A DNA stretch of 64,000 nucleotides from an uncultured Mageeibacillus sp. Its GTDB lineage: Bacteria > Bacillota > Clostridia > Saccharofermentanales > UBA5734. Made by a program: the position numbers and the translations under genes. Below the pieces are notes generated by a model that saw only the letters and a program-made list of their open reading frames with translations, had not been told where the DNA came from and did not search any database. Shown here one piece after another: positions 18,377-28,388 of this stretch (positions are counted from its first letter, which is position 1; every line of letters starts with the position of its first letter). The stretch spans positions 2,719-66,718 of the forward strand of contig CAZGSR010000005.1 in NCBI GenBank assembly GCA_964528645.1, in the 5' to 3' direction.

Positions 18377-20329
18377 ATGGCAATGGTTCTGAAAAAATCA
18401 GTCGAGGACATCCAGGTATCCGGCAAACGTGTCATCGTTCGCGTAGACTTCAACGTTCCGCTTGACAAAAAGACCGGTGAGATCACGGATGACAAGCGTA
18501 TCCGTGCGGCGTTGCCGACGATCAGCTACCTGGTCAAACAGGGTGCGAAGGTCGTTCTTGTTTCCCACCTAGGCCGTCCCAAAAACGGACCGGAAGCCAA
18601 ATTTTCCATGAAACCGGCCGTGGACCGCCTGGCAGAACTGCTGGGCCAGCCTGTCGTCCTGGCTGCCGATGTCATCGGTGAGGATGCCAAAGCCAAAGTT
18701 GCCGCCCTCAAAGACGGCGAAGTGGTCATGCTGGAAAATGTCCGCTTCCATAAAGAAGAGACCAAAAACATACCCTCCTTTGCCCGTGAGCTCGCCTCGC
18801 TGGCCGATATTTTTGTCAATGACGCTTTCGGCACGGCCCACCGTGCCCATGCCTCGACTGCCGGCCTGGCCAACTACCTGCCAGCTGTCAGCGGCTACCT
18901 GATCCAAAAAGAGCTCGACGTCATGGGCAACGCGCTGGACAATCCGAAGCGCCCCTTCGTGGCTATCCTCGGCGGTGCCAAGGTTTCCGACAAAATCGGC
19001 GTGATCGAGAATTTGATCGACAAAGTCGACACCCTGATCATCGGTGGCGGCATGGCTTACACCTTCTTCGTCGCCCAGGGCCATACCATCGGCAATTCCC
19101 TGGTCGAGGCTGACAAGGTCGAGATCGCCAAGGCGCTCCTGGAGAAAGCTGCTGCCAAGGGCATCAACATGCTCCTGCCGGTCGACAATGTCATCGGTAC
19201 CCATTTTGCTGCCGACTGCGAATCCAAGTCCATTCCTTCAGATGAAATCCCGGACGGCTGGATGGGGCTCGATATTGGTCCTGAAACAGTCAAGAACTTC
19301 ACCGGTGCCGTCAAAGATGCCGGAACAGTCGTCTGGAATGGTCCGATGGGCGTCTTTGAATTCGACCGCTTTGCCAATGGTACACGCGAAGTTGCGAAAG
19401 CGATCTCAGAATCCAACGCCATTTCCATCATCGGTGGCGGCGACTCCGCTGCAGCAGTCGAGCTTCTGGGCTTCGCCGACAAGGTCAGCCACATCTCCAC
19501 CGGAGGTGGTGCGTCGCTCGAATACCTCGAAGGCAAAGTCCTGCCCGGCGTCGACTGCCTGATGGACAAGAACCCCCGCCGCACCTTTGCTGCCGGCAAC
19601 TGGAAGATGAACAAAGGCGTCCCGGCTGATGCCGTCAAGATGATCAACGAGCTCAAACCCCTGGTGGCTCATGCAGGATCCCAGATTGCCCTCGGTATCC
19701 CGTTCACCGCTCTGTCGGCCGCTCTCGAAGCCACCGCCTACAGCAATGTCAAAGTGGCCGCCCAGAACTGCCATTTCGAAGACTCTGGCGCTTTCACCGG
19801 TGAAATCTCGGCCCGCATGCTGGCTGAAATGGGCGTCCCGTACGTCATCATCGGTCACTCCGAACGCCGCGAGTATTTTGCCGAAACCGACGAAACTGTC
19901 AACAAGAAAGCCAAAGCTGCCCTGGCCTGGGGCGTTCGGCCGATCATCTGTTGTGGCGAATCTCTCGCCCAGCGTGAATCTGGCGAAACATTCACCCTGA
20001 TCGAAGGCCAGATCACAGCTGCCTTTGCTGGCATCCCAGCCGAGAAGACCCATCTGATCACCATCGCCTATGAACCGATCTGGGCCATCGGCACCGGTAA
20101 AGTTGCCACCGACGAACAGGCCCAGGAAGTCTGCGCCTTCATCCGTGGCCTCGTCGCCAAGATCTACAACGAGCAGACAGCTGCTGACATCCGTATCCAG
20201 TACGGCGGCTCGGTCAATGCCAAGAATGCAGCGGGCCTCTTTGCCCAGCCGGACATTGACGGCGGTCTCGTTGGTGGTGCCTCGCTCAAAGCCGAAGATT
20301 TCGCTGTCATCTGCAACGCCGGAGCCTGA
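18377..20329 (+). CDS. pgk: bifunctional phosphoglycerate kinase / triosephosphate isomerase (in-frame fusion)
   Basis: The PGK part runs RVDFNVPLD ... [17 protein letters not shown]. It continues without a stop into TIM ([11 protein letters not shown] ... IGHSERR ... [11 protein letters not shown]). SD AGGAGA lies 9 nt before ATG 18377. Confidence 0.92.
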   Translation: MAMVLKKSVEDIQVSGKRVIVRVDFNVPLDKKTGEITDDKRIRAALPTISYLVKQGAKVVLVSHLGRPKNGPEAKFSMKPAVDRLAELLGQPVVLAADVIGEDAKAKVAALKDGEVVMLENVRFHKEETKNIPSFARELASLADIFVNDAFGTAHRAHASTAGLANYLPAVSGYLIQKELDVMGNALDNPKRPFVAILGGAKVSDKIGVIENLIDKVDTLIIGGGMAYTFFVAQGHTIGNSLVEADKVEIAKALLEKAAAKGINMLLPVDNVIGTHFAADCESKSIPSDEIPDGWMGLDIGPETVKNFTGAVKDAGTVVWNGPMGVFEFDRFANGTREVAKAISESNAISIIGGGDSAAAVELLGFADKVSHISTGGGASLEYLEGKVLPGVDCLMDKNPRRTFAAGNWKMNKGVPADAVKMINELKPLVAHAGSQIALGIPFTALSAALEATAYSNVKVAAQNCHFEDSGAFTGEISARMLAEMGVPYVIIGHSERREYFAETDETVNKKAKAALAWGVRPIICCGESLAQRESGETFTLIEGQITAAFAGIPAEKTHLITIAYEPIWAIGTGKVATDEQAQEVCAFIRGLVAKIYNEQTAADIRIQYGGSVNAKNAAGLFAQPDIDGGLVGGASLKAEDFAVICNAGA

Positions 20330-20360
20330 TTTGGCCGGCCGTGCCTGATTCATCCACCAG

Positions 20361-20402
20361 GGCCGAGGGTCCTGCCCCACCAGGGCAGGATCCCGGCCTT
20401 TT
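20361..20402 (+). terminator. strong stem-loop with T4 between pgk-tpi and gpmI
   Basis: GGCCGAGGGTCCTGCCC-cacca-GGGCAGGATCCCGGCC followed by TTTT. The gpmI SD starts 7 nt later. Confidence 0.7.
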
Positions 20403-20423
20403 GCATCGAAAGGAGCCCTTGCC

Positions 20424-21974
20424 ATGACAACCTTACCCAAACGACCCGTCGCCCTGATCATTTTGGACGGTTTCGGGGTCAATAACGAAACCATCGGCAA
20501 TGCCGTCAAGGCGGCCAAAACACCCAATATCGACCGATATCTGGCTGAATACCCGAACACCATGGTCCGCACCAGCGGCATGGATGTCGGACTGCCCGAC
20601 GGCCAGATGGGCAATTCCGAGGTCGGCCATACCAACATCGGCGCCGGCCGGATTGTCTACCAGGAACTGACCCGTATCACAAAATCCATCCGCGACGGTG
20701 ATTTTTTCACCAATGACGCGCTGCTCAAAGCGATTGCGAACGCGAAGGCCCAAGGCACGGCCCTGCACCTGTTTGGCCTGGTTTCAGACGGCGGCGTCCA
20801 CAGCCACAACACCCACCTGTATGCCCTGGTCGAGCTGGCCAAGCGCCAGGGACTGGAAAATGTCTATGTCCACTGCTTCTTTGACGGCCGCGATGTTCCG
20901 CCGGATTCGGCCAAGGGCTTTACCGAGGAACTCGAGGCCAAGCTCAAGGAAATCGGTATCGGCAAGATTGCCTCGATCATGGGCCGCTACTATGCCATGG
21001 ATCGTGACAATCGCTGGGATCGTGTCGAAAAAGCCTACCGTGCGATGGTCATGGGCGAAGGCAACCAGGCCACCGATGCCGTCGCCGCGGTCGCTGCTTC
21101 CTATGAAGCTGGCGTGATGGATGAATTCGTCATTCCGACCGTCATCACGGAAAATGGGAATCCGGTCGCGACCATCCAGGCCAATGACAGCGTGATCTTC
21201 TTCAATTTCCGCCCCGACCGTGCCCGCGAAATCACCCGTTGCTTCATGCAACCAGATTTTTCCGGTTTTGCCTTGCCTAAGGGCCATTTCCCACTGACCT
21301 ACATCACCCTGACCCAGTATGACAAGACCTTTAACGATTACCCTGGCCTGACCGTTGCCTACCATCCGACCAGCTTGACCAATACCTTTGGCGACTACAT
21401 CTCCCAGAACGGACTGACCCAGCTGCGCATTGCTGAAACCGAGAAATATGCCCATGTCACCTTCTTCTTCAATGGTGGTGTCGAGAAAGAATTCCCCGGT
21501 GAAGATCGCTGCCTCATCCCGTCACCCAAAGTGGCGACCTATGACCTGCAGCCGGAAATGAGCGCCTACCTGGTTGCTGACGAAGCCGTCAAACGGGTCA
21601 ACTCAGGCAAATATGATGTCATCATCCTTAATTTTGCCAACTGCGACATGGTTGGTCACACGGGTGTCTTCGCAGCAGCTGTCGCAGCCGTCGAAGCGGT
21701 CGATGCCTGCACCGGCCAGGTTGTCGACGCGATCCTGGCCCAGGGTGGCATTGCCCTGATCACGGCTGACCATGGTAATGCCGAGCAAATGATCGATCCG
21801 GAAACGGGTGGCGCTTTTACAGCCCACACCACTTTGCCGGTACGCCTGATTGCGGTCGGGGATGGCAACATCCAGCTGCAGGAAGGTGTTCTCGCTGATC
21901 TGGCCCCCACCATGCTCGACCTGATGGAGCTGCCCCAGCCTCAGGAAATGACCGGCCACAGCCTGGTGATCTGA
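20424..21974 (+). CDS. gpmI: 2,3-bisphosphoglycerate-independent phosphoglycerate mutase
   Basis: [34 protein letters not shown] and ITADHGNAE motifs. Confidence 0.93.
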   Translation: MTTLPKRPVALIILDGFGVNNETIGNAVKAAKTPNIDRYLAEYPNTMVRTSGMDVGLPDGQMGNSEVGHTNIGAGRIVYQELTRITKSIRDGDFFTNDALLKAIANAKAQGTALHLFGLVSDGGVHSHNTHLYALVELAKRQGLENVYVHCFFDGRDVPPDSAKGFTEELEAKLKEIGIGKIASIMGRYYAMDRDNRWDRVEKAYRAMVMGEGNQATDAVAAVAASYEAGVMDEFVIPTVITENGNPVATIQANDSVIFFNFRPDRAREITRCFMQPDFSGFALPKGHFPLTYITLTQYDKTFNDYPGLTVAYHPTSLTNTFGDYISQNGLTQLRIAETEKYAHVTFFFNGGVEKEFPGEDRCLIPSPKVATYDLQPEMSAYLVADEAVKRVNSGKYDVIILNFANCDMVGHTGVFAAAVAAVEAVDACTGQVVDAILAQGGIALITADHGNAEQMIDPETGGAFTAHTTLPVRLIAVGDGNIQLQEGVLADLAPTMLDLMELPQPQEMTGHSLVI

Positions 21975-21983
21975 GAAAATCCG

Positions 21984-22012
21984 TGTTCAACGTTACGGAA
22001 TTGTGCTATAAT
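21984..22012 (+). promoter_or_regulatory. putative promoter of nifJ (TGTTCA-17-TGcTATAAT, extended -10)
   Basis: TATAAT at 22007-22012 preceded by TGc. TGTTCA at 21984-21989. Confidence 0.5.
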
Positions 22013-22117
22013 TGCGTTTGGCTCGACGCCTTCCGCGCCAGTCCGCGCGACCGTCTGCCGGGCTTACAGGATGACTCTTTGTGATCCATCATCGAACTTA
22101 TTAAAGGAGAGTGTCAC

Positions 22118-25100
22118 ATGGCTAACCAAAAGAAGTACATGACCATGGACGGCAATACCGCGGCCGCGTATACCTCGTACGCGTTCACCGAAGTTGCCGG
22201 CATCTACCCCATCACCCCGTCGTCACCGATGGCTGACTACACGGATCAGTGGGCACAGGAAGGCCGCAAGAATATTTTTGGCCAGACCGTCAACGTGGTT
22301 GAAATGCAATCCGAGGGTGGCGCTGCCGCGACAACCCATGGTGCACTGGCAACCGGTGCTCTGGCGACGACCTATACAGCTTCCCAGGGTCTTTTGCTGA
22401 TGATCCCCAACATGTACAAAATTTCTGGTGAGCTGCTCCCGGGTGTTTTCCATGTTACTGCTCGTGCCCTGGCAGCCCATGCCCTGTCCATTTTCGGTGA
22501 CCATGCCGACGTCATGGCTTGCCGCCAGACCGGCTTCGCGATGCTTGCTTCCTCGTCTGTCCAGGAAGTCGTTGACCTCGCTGCCGTCGCCCATCTCGCC
22601 GCGATCAAAGGCCGCGTCCCCTTCCTGCATTTCTTTGATGGATTCCGCACCTCGCATGAAATCCAGAAAATCGAAGTCCAGGACTACGCTGACTTGGCCA
22701 AGCTCGTCGACATGGACGCCGTCAAAGCCTTCCGCGCCCGCGGCCTGTCCCCGAACCACCCCACCCTGCGCGGCACTGCCCAGAACCCGGACATCTACTT
22801 CCAGGGTCGTGAAGCTGCCAATCCTTACTACAATGCCCTGCCGGCTGTCGTCGACTACTACTTCGACGAAATGAACAAGCTCACCGGCCGCAACTACCAG
22901 GCTTTCAACTACTATGGTGCTCCTGATGCAGAACGCATCGTCATCGCCATGGGTTCTGTCTGTGAAGCGATCGAAGAAACCATCGATCTGCTGGTCGCCC
23001 GTGGTGAAAAAGTCGGCATGGTCAAGGTCCACCTGTACCGTCCGTTCTCGGTTGAGCGTTTGCTGGCCGCAGTACCCAAATCGGTCAAGAAGATCGCTGT
23101 CCTCGACCGTACCAAGGAACCCGGTGCCTATGGCGAACCGCTGTTCCTCGATATTGCCGCAGCTTATGCTGGCCAGGACAATGCTCCGGCCATCGTCGGC
23201 GGTCGCTACGGTCTGGGCTCCAAAGACACCACCCCGGACCAGATTATTGCTGTCTTCAAGAGCCTCAAGGCTGACAAGCCGAAACACAACTTCACTATCG
23301 GCATCGTCGATGACGTGACCTTCACCTCGCTGCCGGTCGAAGAATCTGTCGACGTCGCCCAGGAAGGCACGATCGCTGCCCGTTTCTGGGGACTTGGTGC
23401 AGATGGTACTGTCGGTGCCAATAAGAATTCGATCAAGATCATCGGCGACCACACCGATATGTACGCCCAGGCCTACTTCTCCTATGACTCCAAGAAGTCC
23501 GGTGGCGTCACGATCTCTGACCTGCGCTTTGGCAAGAACCCCATCCGCTCCACCTATCTGGTCAATAAAGCGGACTTCGTCGCCTGCCACAACCAGGCTT
23601 ATGTCAACCAGTACGACATGATGTCGGCCTTGAAACCAGGCGGCACCTTCCTGCTCAACACCATCTGGAACAAAGACGAGCTTGAGACCATGCTCCCGGG
23701 CAGCATCAAGCGCTACCTGGCCCAGAACAACATCAAGTTCTACACGATTGACGCTGTCAGCAAAGCAGAAGAAATCGGCTTGGGTGGACGCATCAATACC
23801 ATCATGCAGGCTGCTTTCTTCAAGCTCGCCCAGGTCATCCCGGTCGAGGACGCTGTCACCTACATGAAAAAGGCCATCTACAAATCTTATGGCAAAAAGG
23901 GTGACGATGTTGTCAACATGAACTATGCTGCTGTCGAAGCTGGACTTAATGCCGTCGTCGAAATCAAAGTGCCTGCTGAATGGGCCAGCGCTGAAGATGT
24001 GGTCGTTGAGAAGAAGCCGATTCCGGACTTCATCAAGGATGTCGTCGCAGTCATGAATGCCCAGCAGGGTGACAAGCTCCCGGTCAGTGCCTTCACTGGC
24101 CGCGAAGACGGCACATTCCCGCAGGGCACCAGCCAGTACGAGAAGCGCATGATCGCGACCAAAATCCCGATCTGGCAGGCTGATAATTGCATCCAGTGCA
24201 ACCAGTGCTCCTATGTCTGCCCACACGCTGTCATCCGTCCTTTCCTGCTCACCGACGACGAAGCTGCCAAGGCCCCGGCTGAATTCAAGACCATCAAGGG
24301 CATGAAGCCTTACGACAGCTACCAGTACCGCATCCAGGTCTCCCTGATGGACTGCACCGGCTGCGGCTCCTGCGCAGATGTCTGCCCGGCCAAGAACAAG
24401 GCCCTGATCATGGAACCGATCGAGCAACACATGGAACAGGCCACCAATTGGGATTATGCGATCGAACTGCCGGTCAAAGCGAATCCTCTCAATAAAGAGA
24501 CCGTCAAGGGCAGCCAGTTCGAGCAGCCCCTGCTCGAATTCTCCGGCGCTTGCGCAGGTTGCGGTGAGACCCCCTACACCAAGCTGATCACCCAGCTCTT
24601 TGGTGACCGCATGCAGATCTCGAACGCCACTGGCTGTTCCTCGATCTGGGGTGGTTCTGCTCCTTCGATGCCTTACCGCCCGAATGAAAAAGGCCAAGGC
24701 CCGGCCTGGGGCAACTCCTTGTTCGAAGACAACGCCGAACACGGCCTGGGCATGTACCTCGGCTACAAGCAGATCCGTTCCCGTCTGGCAGCCCAGCTGA
24801 AAGACCTGGTCTCTGTTGACGCCAGTGAAGAACTGAATACTGCAGCGAACGCCTGGATCGAGTCGAAGGAAGATGGCAAGAAGACCCGTGCCGTCACCGA
24901 AACGCTCGTAGCCGCCCTCAAGGCCTACAAAGGTGATAACGAAGCTGCCAAGGCGCTGATCGCAACGGTCCTCGAAAACGAAGACTACCTCGCCAAGCGT
25001 TCCCAGTGGATCATCGGTGGCGATGGCTGGGCCTATGACATCGGTTACGGCGGCCTGGACCATGTCCTCGCTTCGGGCGAAGACATCAACGTCCTCGTTC

Positions 25101-25654
25101 TTGACACCGAAATCTATTCCAACACCGGTGGCCAGGCTTCCAAGTCGACCCCGACTGGTGCAGTTGCCCAGTTTGCTGCAGGCGGCAAATCGATCAAGAA
25201 GAAAGACCTCGGCATGATGGCCATGACCTATGGTTATGTCTACGTTGCCCAGATTGCCATGGGAGCCAACCAAAACCAGACGCTCAAGGCCTTCGCCGAA
25301 GCAGAAGCTTATCCGGGCCCGTCCCTGGTCATTGCTTATGCACCGTGCATCAGCCATGGCATCAAGGGCGGCATGACTGTCTCCCAGCGCCAGGAGAAAA
25401 ACGCGGTTGAGTGTGGCTACTGGCACCTCTATCGTTACAATCCGCTGCTCAAGGTCGAGGGCAAGAATCCGTTCGTGCTCGACTCCAAAGAACCGACTGG
25501 CGATCACAAAGCTTTCCTGATGAGCGAAAACCGCTACACGACCATGCTCAAGAAAATGACCCCTGAGCAGATCGATGCCGTCTTCGCCAAAGCCAAGCAA
25601 GACTCTGTGGATCGTTACGAAAGCTATCGCCGGATGGCTGCCGACATCGGCTGA
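22118..25654 (+). CDS. nifJ: pyruvate:ferredoxin (flavodoxin) oxidoreductase
   Basis: A 1178-aa single-chain PFOR. Motifs include MDGNTAAAYTSYAFTEVAGIYPITPSS, the ferredoxin-domain CIQCNQCSYVCPH / CTGCGSCADVCP, and the TPP-binding GGDGWAYDIGYGGLDH. Confidence 0.95.
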   Translation: MANQKKYMTMDGNTAAAYTSYAFTEVAGIYPITPSSPMADYTDQWAQEGRKNIFGQTVNVVEMQSEGGAAATTHGALATGALATTYTASQGLLLMIPNMYKISGELLPGVFHVTARALAAHALSIFGDHADVMACRQTGFAMLASSSVQEVVDLAAVAHLAAIKGRVPFLHFFDGFRTSHEIQKIEVQDYADLAKLVDMDAVKAFRARGLSPNHPTLRGTAQNPDIYFQGREAANPYYNALPAVVDYYFDEMNKLTGRNYQAFNYYGAPDAERIVIAMGSVCEAIEETIDLLVARGEKVGMVKVHLYRPFSVERLLAAVPKSVKKIAVLDRTKEPGAYGEPLFLDIAAAYAGQDNAPAIVGGRYGLGSKDTTPDQIIAVFKSLKADKPKHNFTIGIVDDVTFTSLPVEESVDVAQEGTIAARFWGLGADGTVGANKNSIKIIGDHTDMYAQAYFSYDSKKSGGVTISDLRFGKNPIRSTYLVNKADFVACHNQAYVNQYDMMSALKPGGTFLLNTIWNKDELETMLPGSIKRYLAQNNIKFYTIDAVSKAEEIGLGGRINTIMQAAFFKLAQVIPVEDAVTYMKKAIYKSYGKKGDDVVNMNYAAVEAGLNAVVEIKVPAEWASAEDVVVEKKPIPDFIKDVVAVMNAQQGDKLPVSAFTGREDGTFPQGTSQYEKRMIATKIPIWQADNCIQCNQCSYVCPHAVIRPFLLTDDEAAKAPAEFKTIKGMKPYDSYQYRIQVSLMDCTGCGSCADVCPAKNKALIMEPIEQHMEQATNWDYAIELPVKANPLNKETVKGSQFEQPLLEFSGACAGCGETPYTKLITQLFGDRMQISNATGCSSIWGGSAPSMPYRPNEKGQGPAWGNSLFEDNAEHGLGMYLGYKQIRSRLAAQLKDLVSVDASEELNTAANAWIESKEDGKKTRAVTETLVAALKAYKGDNEAAKALIATVLENEDYLAKRSQWIIGGDGWAYDIGYGGLDHVLASGEDINVLVLDTEIYSNTGGQASKSTPTGAVAQFAAGGKSIKKKDLGMMAMTYGYVYVAQIAMGANQNQTLKAFAEAEAYPGPSLVIAYAPCISHGIKGGMTVSQRQEKNAVECGYWHLYRYNPLLKVEGKNPFVLDSKEPTGDHKAFLMSENRYTTMLKKMTPEQIDAVFAKAKQDSVDRYESYRRMAADIG

Positions 25655-25697
25655 GACGACAAAACTCAACAGAGACCGGCAAACATGCTATAATAAA

Positions 25698-25724
25698 GGC
25701 TCGCCCGAAAGGGCGAGCCTTTTT
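25698..25724 (+). terminator. intrinsic terminator after nifJ
   Basis: GGCTCGCCC-gaaa-GGGCGAGCC followed by TTTTT. Confidence 0.85.
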
Positions 25725-25779
25725 GCTCAGACCGAAAGGGCGAGCCTTTTTGCTCAGACCGAAAGGGCGAGTCTTTTTT
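25705..25779 (+). repeat. 27-bp tandem repeat (2.8 copies) that triplicates the 3' half of the nifJ terminator
   Basis: ccgaaagggcgagcctttttgctcaga starts at 25705, 25732 and 25759. The last copy is partial with one substitution. Confidence 0.85.
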
Positions 25780-25825
25780 ACCCGAATCGTTTTGCCAGTG
25801 ATGGGGAGGCTTGACACCAGACACC

Positions 25826-26911
25826 ATGCAGATAGATGAAAGCCGCAAACTGCTCTTGTCCGATACTTTGGTTCCGGACATTTTCATTACCGAGTTGATG
25901 CCCTCCCTGAGTGGCCTCTCTGTCAAAGTGTATCTCTATCTGCTCATGACTGCGCGCAACAGTCGCCAGACAACAGAGGCGGACCTGGCCCGGCGGCTGG
26001 GCTCCGATCCGGATACGATCAAGGCAGCCAACCTGGAGCTGGCCCAGGCAGGTCTCCTGGTTATTCACGACCGTTCCCTGGAGCTGACCGATATCAAGGC
26101 CAGTGAGATCGAGCGGACGTATCGTCCCCGCACCAGCATGCCACCAGGCGAAAATGAGCAGGATATCAATCGCTTCACACTCCGCGAAAAACTGCTCAAA
26201 GATATTGCCAAGACCTTCTTCCAGGGTCTCATGGCCCCTTCGTGGTACTCAGAGATCGAGAGCTGGTTTGACCGCTACCAGTTTGAGCCAGAGGTCATTT
26301 ATGCCTTGTTCCAGGAGTGCTCGCGCCGGAACAAGCTCAATAGTAAGGCCTACATCAATCGTGTAGCAGAAAACTGGGCTGCCCGGAAAATTGTCACATA
26401 CCAGGATCTCAACAACTACTTCCTGGCCTATGACAAGGTCAACAAGGCGGTCAACAAGGTCGGCAAAAAGCTCAGGAAGACCATGACGGAATACGACGAG
26501 GAGATCGTTTCCCGCTGGATCGAACAATACAACTACGATTTCGATGTCATCGAGATCGCCTTGCGCAAAACGGTCAAGCTGGCTAATCCCAATCTGGAGT
26601 TTATCGACAAGATCATCCAGGAATGGTTTTCCAACCAGCTCCGGACAGTCGAACAGGTCAAATCATACGAAGAAGAAAAGGCAGCCCGCCTTGGCAGCGA
26701 GCGGGCCCGCCATGGCCAGTCTGGCGGCTCAGCAACCTCTGCACGTCGGCAAGCGGTTGGCAATTTCAATCAACGTGACTATGCAGCTGACTTTTTTGAA
26801 TCTTTTTACGACAACCCGCAGACAGATGCCCAGACGGCAATGGACACACCAGGCAAGAGTGATTCCCAAGTCGAGCCGGTCTCTCCGGGTGATCTGGGAC
26901 AAACGGATTGA
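25826..26911 (+). CDS. DnaD-domain replication initiation / helicase-loading protein (B. subtilis DnaB/DnaD-like)
   Basis: N-terminal winged-helix-like LSGLSVKVYLYLLM. DnaD-type repeats are present (SKAYINRVAENWAARKIVTYQDL; EFIDKIIQEWFSNQLRTVEQV). It lies directly upstream of the loader ATPase. Confidence 0.75.
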   Translation: MQIDESRKLLLSDTLVPDIFITELMPSLSGLSVKVYLYLLMTARNSRQTTEADLARRLGSDPDTIKAANLELAQAGLLVIHDRSLELTDIKASEIERTYRPRTSMPPGENEQDINRFTLREKLLKDIAKTFFQGLMAPSWYSEIESWFDRYQFEPEVIYALFQECSRRNKLNSKAYINRVAENWAARKIVTYQDLNNYFLAYDKVNKAVNKVGKKLRKTMTEYDEEIVSRWIEQYNYDFDVIEIALRKTVKLANPNLEFIDKIIQEWFSNQLRTVEQVKSYEEEKAARLGSERARHGQSGGSATSARRQAVGNFNQRDYAADFFESFYDNPQTDAQTAMDTPGKSDSQVEPVSPGDLGQTD

Positions 26912-26922
26912 GGACAGGACGG

Positions 26923-27936
26923 ATGGAACAGGCATCCATTGCCCGGGCGATCGCCCGGGAATATGACCGCCGGCGTCAGCAGGCGCAGGCAGAACGAGTC
27001 CGCAGGCGCGAGGATGTCTACAGGTCGTGCCCGGACTTGGCTGCGCTGGACCGCCAGCTGGCAACGGCGGGGGCAGACTTGCTGCTTGAGATCATTGAGC
27101 CAGGCCGGCCCCAACGAGCCGAATCCCGCCGCCAGGAGCTTGTGCTCAGGCGACAGGCCATCCTGGCCCAGCAGGGAATCGATCCCGATTTTGACCAGCT
27201 TCGTCCGGCCTGCACACTCTGCCAGGACACAGGTATTGCCAACGGCCAGCGCTGCTCCTGCTACCGCCAGATCCTGGTCCCACTTTTATCCGAACAGGCC
27301 AATTTGCATAATCTGGCCGGGCAGAGCTTTGCCCGGTTCGATGCCACATTGTTCTCGGATCAAAAGGATCCTGGCCGCTACCGGACAGACCGCTCACCGC
27401 GCGAACAAATCCAGGCCCTGCGCCAGGTGTGTGAACAATACGTTAACCAGTTTGATGAACCCAGGCAACGCAATCTCCTGTTCGTAGGCCCGCCGGGAAC
27501 GGGCAAGACTTACCTCATGGCCTGTGTGGCCAATGCCTTGCTTGACCAGGGCCGTTCCATTCTCTATACCACGGCGCCGGACTTGTTTGAGATCATGAGC
27601 AACTACCGCACCATGCTGGCCTCCTACCACCCGGATGAAATCCGCTATGAACAAGCCGTTGCCATGCATGATCTTGTATTCCACGCCGATTTGCTCTTGG
27701 TTGATGACTTGGGTACAGAACCTGCGGCTGCCAGTCGCTACGCCGATTTGCTCGGAATCATCGACCGGCGGACCGGTCAGAATCTTGCCACTGTCATATC
27801 CAGCAATGCCGATCCGGCTGCTTTGCGCGATACCTACGATGAACGACTGCTGAGCCGTCTGATGGGTAGTTTTGCCATCTACAGATTCTTTGGCCCTGAT
27901 GTCCGCCTGGAACAGGGCCGGCGCCGCCGGAGCTGA
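26923..27936 (+). CDS. DnaI/DnaC-type helicase loader ATPase
   Basis: Walker A LLFVGPPGTGKTYL, Walker B LLLVDDLG and an N-terminal Cys-rich segment CTLCQDTGIANGQRCSC. SD GAGGA lies before ATG 26923. Confidence 0.8.
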   Translation: MEQASIARAIAREYDRRRQQAQAERVRRREDVYRSCPDLAALDRQLATAGADLLLEIIEPGRPQRAESRRQELVLRRQAILAQQGIDPDFDQLRPACTLCQDTGIANGQRCSCYRQILVPLLSEQANLHNLAGQSFARFDATLFSDQKDPGRYRTDRSPREQIQALRQVCEQYVNQFDEPRQRNLLFVGPPGTGKTYLMACVANALLDQGRSILYTTAPDLFEIMSNYRTMLASYHPDEIRYEQAVAMHDLVFHADLLLVDDLGTEPAAASRYADLLGIIDRRTGQNLATVISSNADPAALRDTYDERLLSRLMGSFAIYRFFGPDVRLEQGRRRRS

Positions 27937-27938
27937 CT

Positions 27939-28388
27939 GTGCAGGTCTTGTGCGGTACCGACCTCGTCCATATCCACCGGATTGAACAGGCCATCATGCG
28001 CCAGGGCAAACCTTTCCTGGAGCGCATCTTTACTCTGTCTGAAAGGGCATATTGCACCCTGCCCGACGGATCGTTTCGCTACGCTTCCCTGGCTGCTCGC
28101 TTTGCGGCCAAAGAAGCCATTGCCAAGGCCCTCGGCACAGGAATAGGTGCGGGTATCCAATGGACGGATATCGAGATCTATAACCAGTCAGGGGGGGCGC
28201 CTGTTTCCCGGCTGCATGGTGCTGCAAAAATCCGATTTGAAGCTTTGGGCGGTTTCTCCCTCTCGATCAGCCTGACTCACGACCAGGACCTTGCGCAGGC
28301 CTTCTGTGTGCTCTTGAGTACGGGCCAGGCTGGCCAGCTAACACAAGCTGGCAGGAATGAGTCTGACACCCCGGGAGCCCAGCCATGA
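27939..28388 (+). CDS. acpS: holo-[acyl-carrier-protein] synthase (4'-phosphopantetheinyl transferase)
   Basis: GTDLVHIHRIEQ, RFAAKEAIAKALGTG and SISLTHD motifs. GTG start. It carries a ~25-aa C-terminal tail and overlaps the next gene by ATGA. Confidence 0.85.
   Translation: MQVLCGTDLVHIHRIEQAIMRQGKPFLERIFTLSERAYCTLPDGSFRYASLAARFAAKEAIAKALGTGIGAGIQWTDIEIYNQSGGAPVSRLHGAAKIRFEALGGFSLSISLTHDQDLAQAFCVLLSTGQAGQLTQAGRNESDTPGAQP

Noticed and set aside
22223-25669. A 1148-aa ORF on the minus strand covering almost all of nifJ. Similar long antisense ORFs occur at 19406-20638, 5772-6935 and 33768-35132.
   Set aside because: Each is antisense to a gene with unmistakable family motifs. The translations are low-complexity (Gly/Asp/Val/Arg-rich) with no motifs. 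These are typical shadow ORFs in GC-rich coding DNA.
25705-25779. The tandem 27-bp repeats, considered as a mini CRISPR array.
   Set aside because: The repeats are contiguous with no spacers, number fewer than three copies, and are simply a duplicated terminator arm. No cas genes are present.
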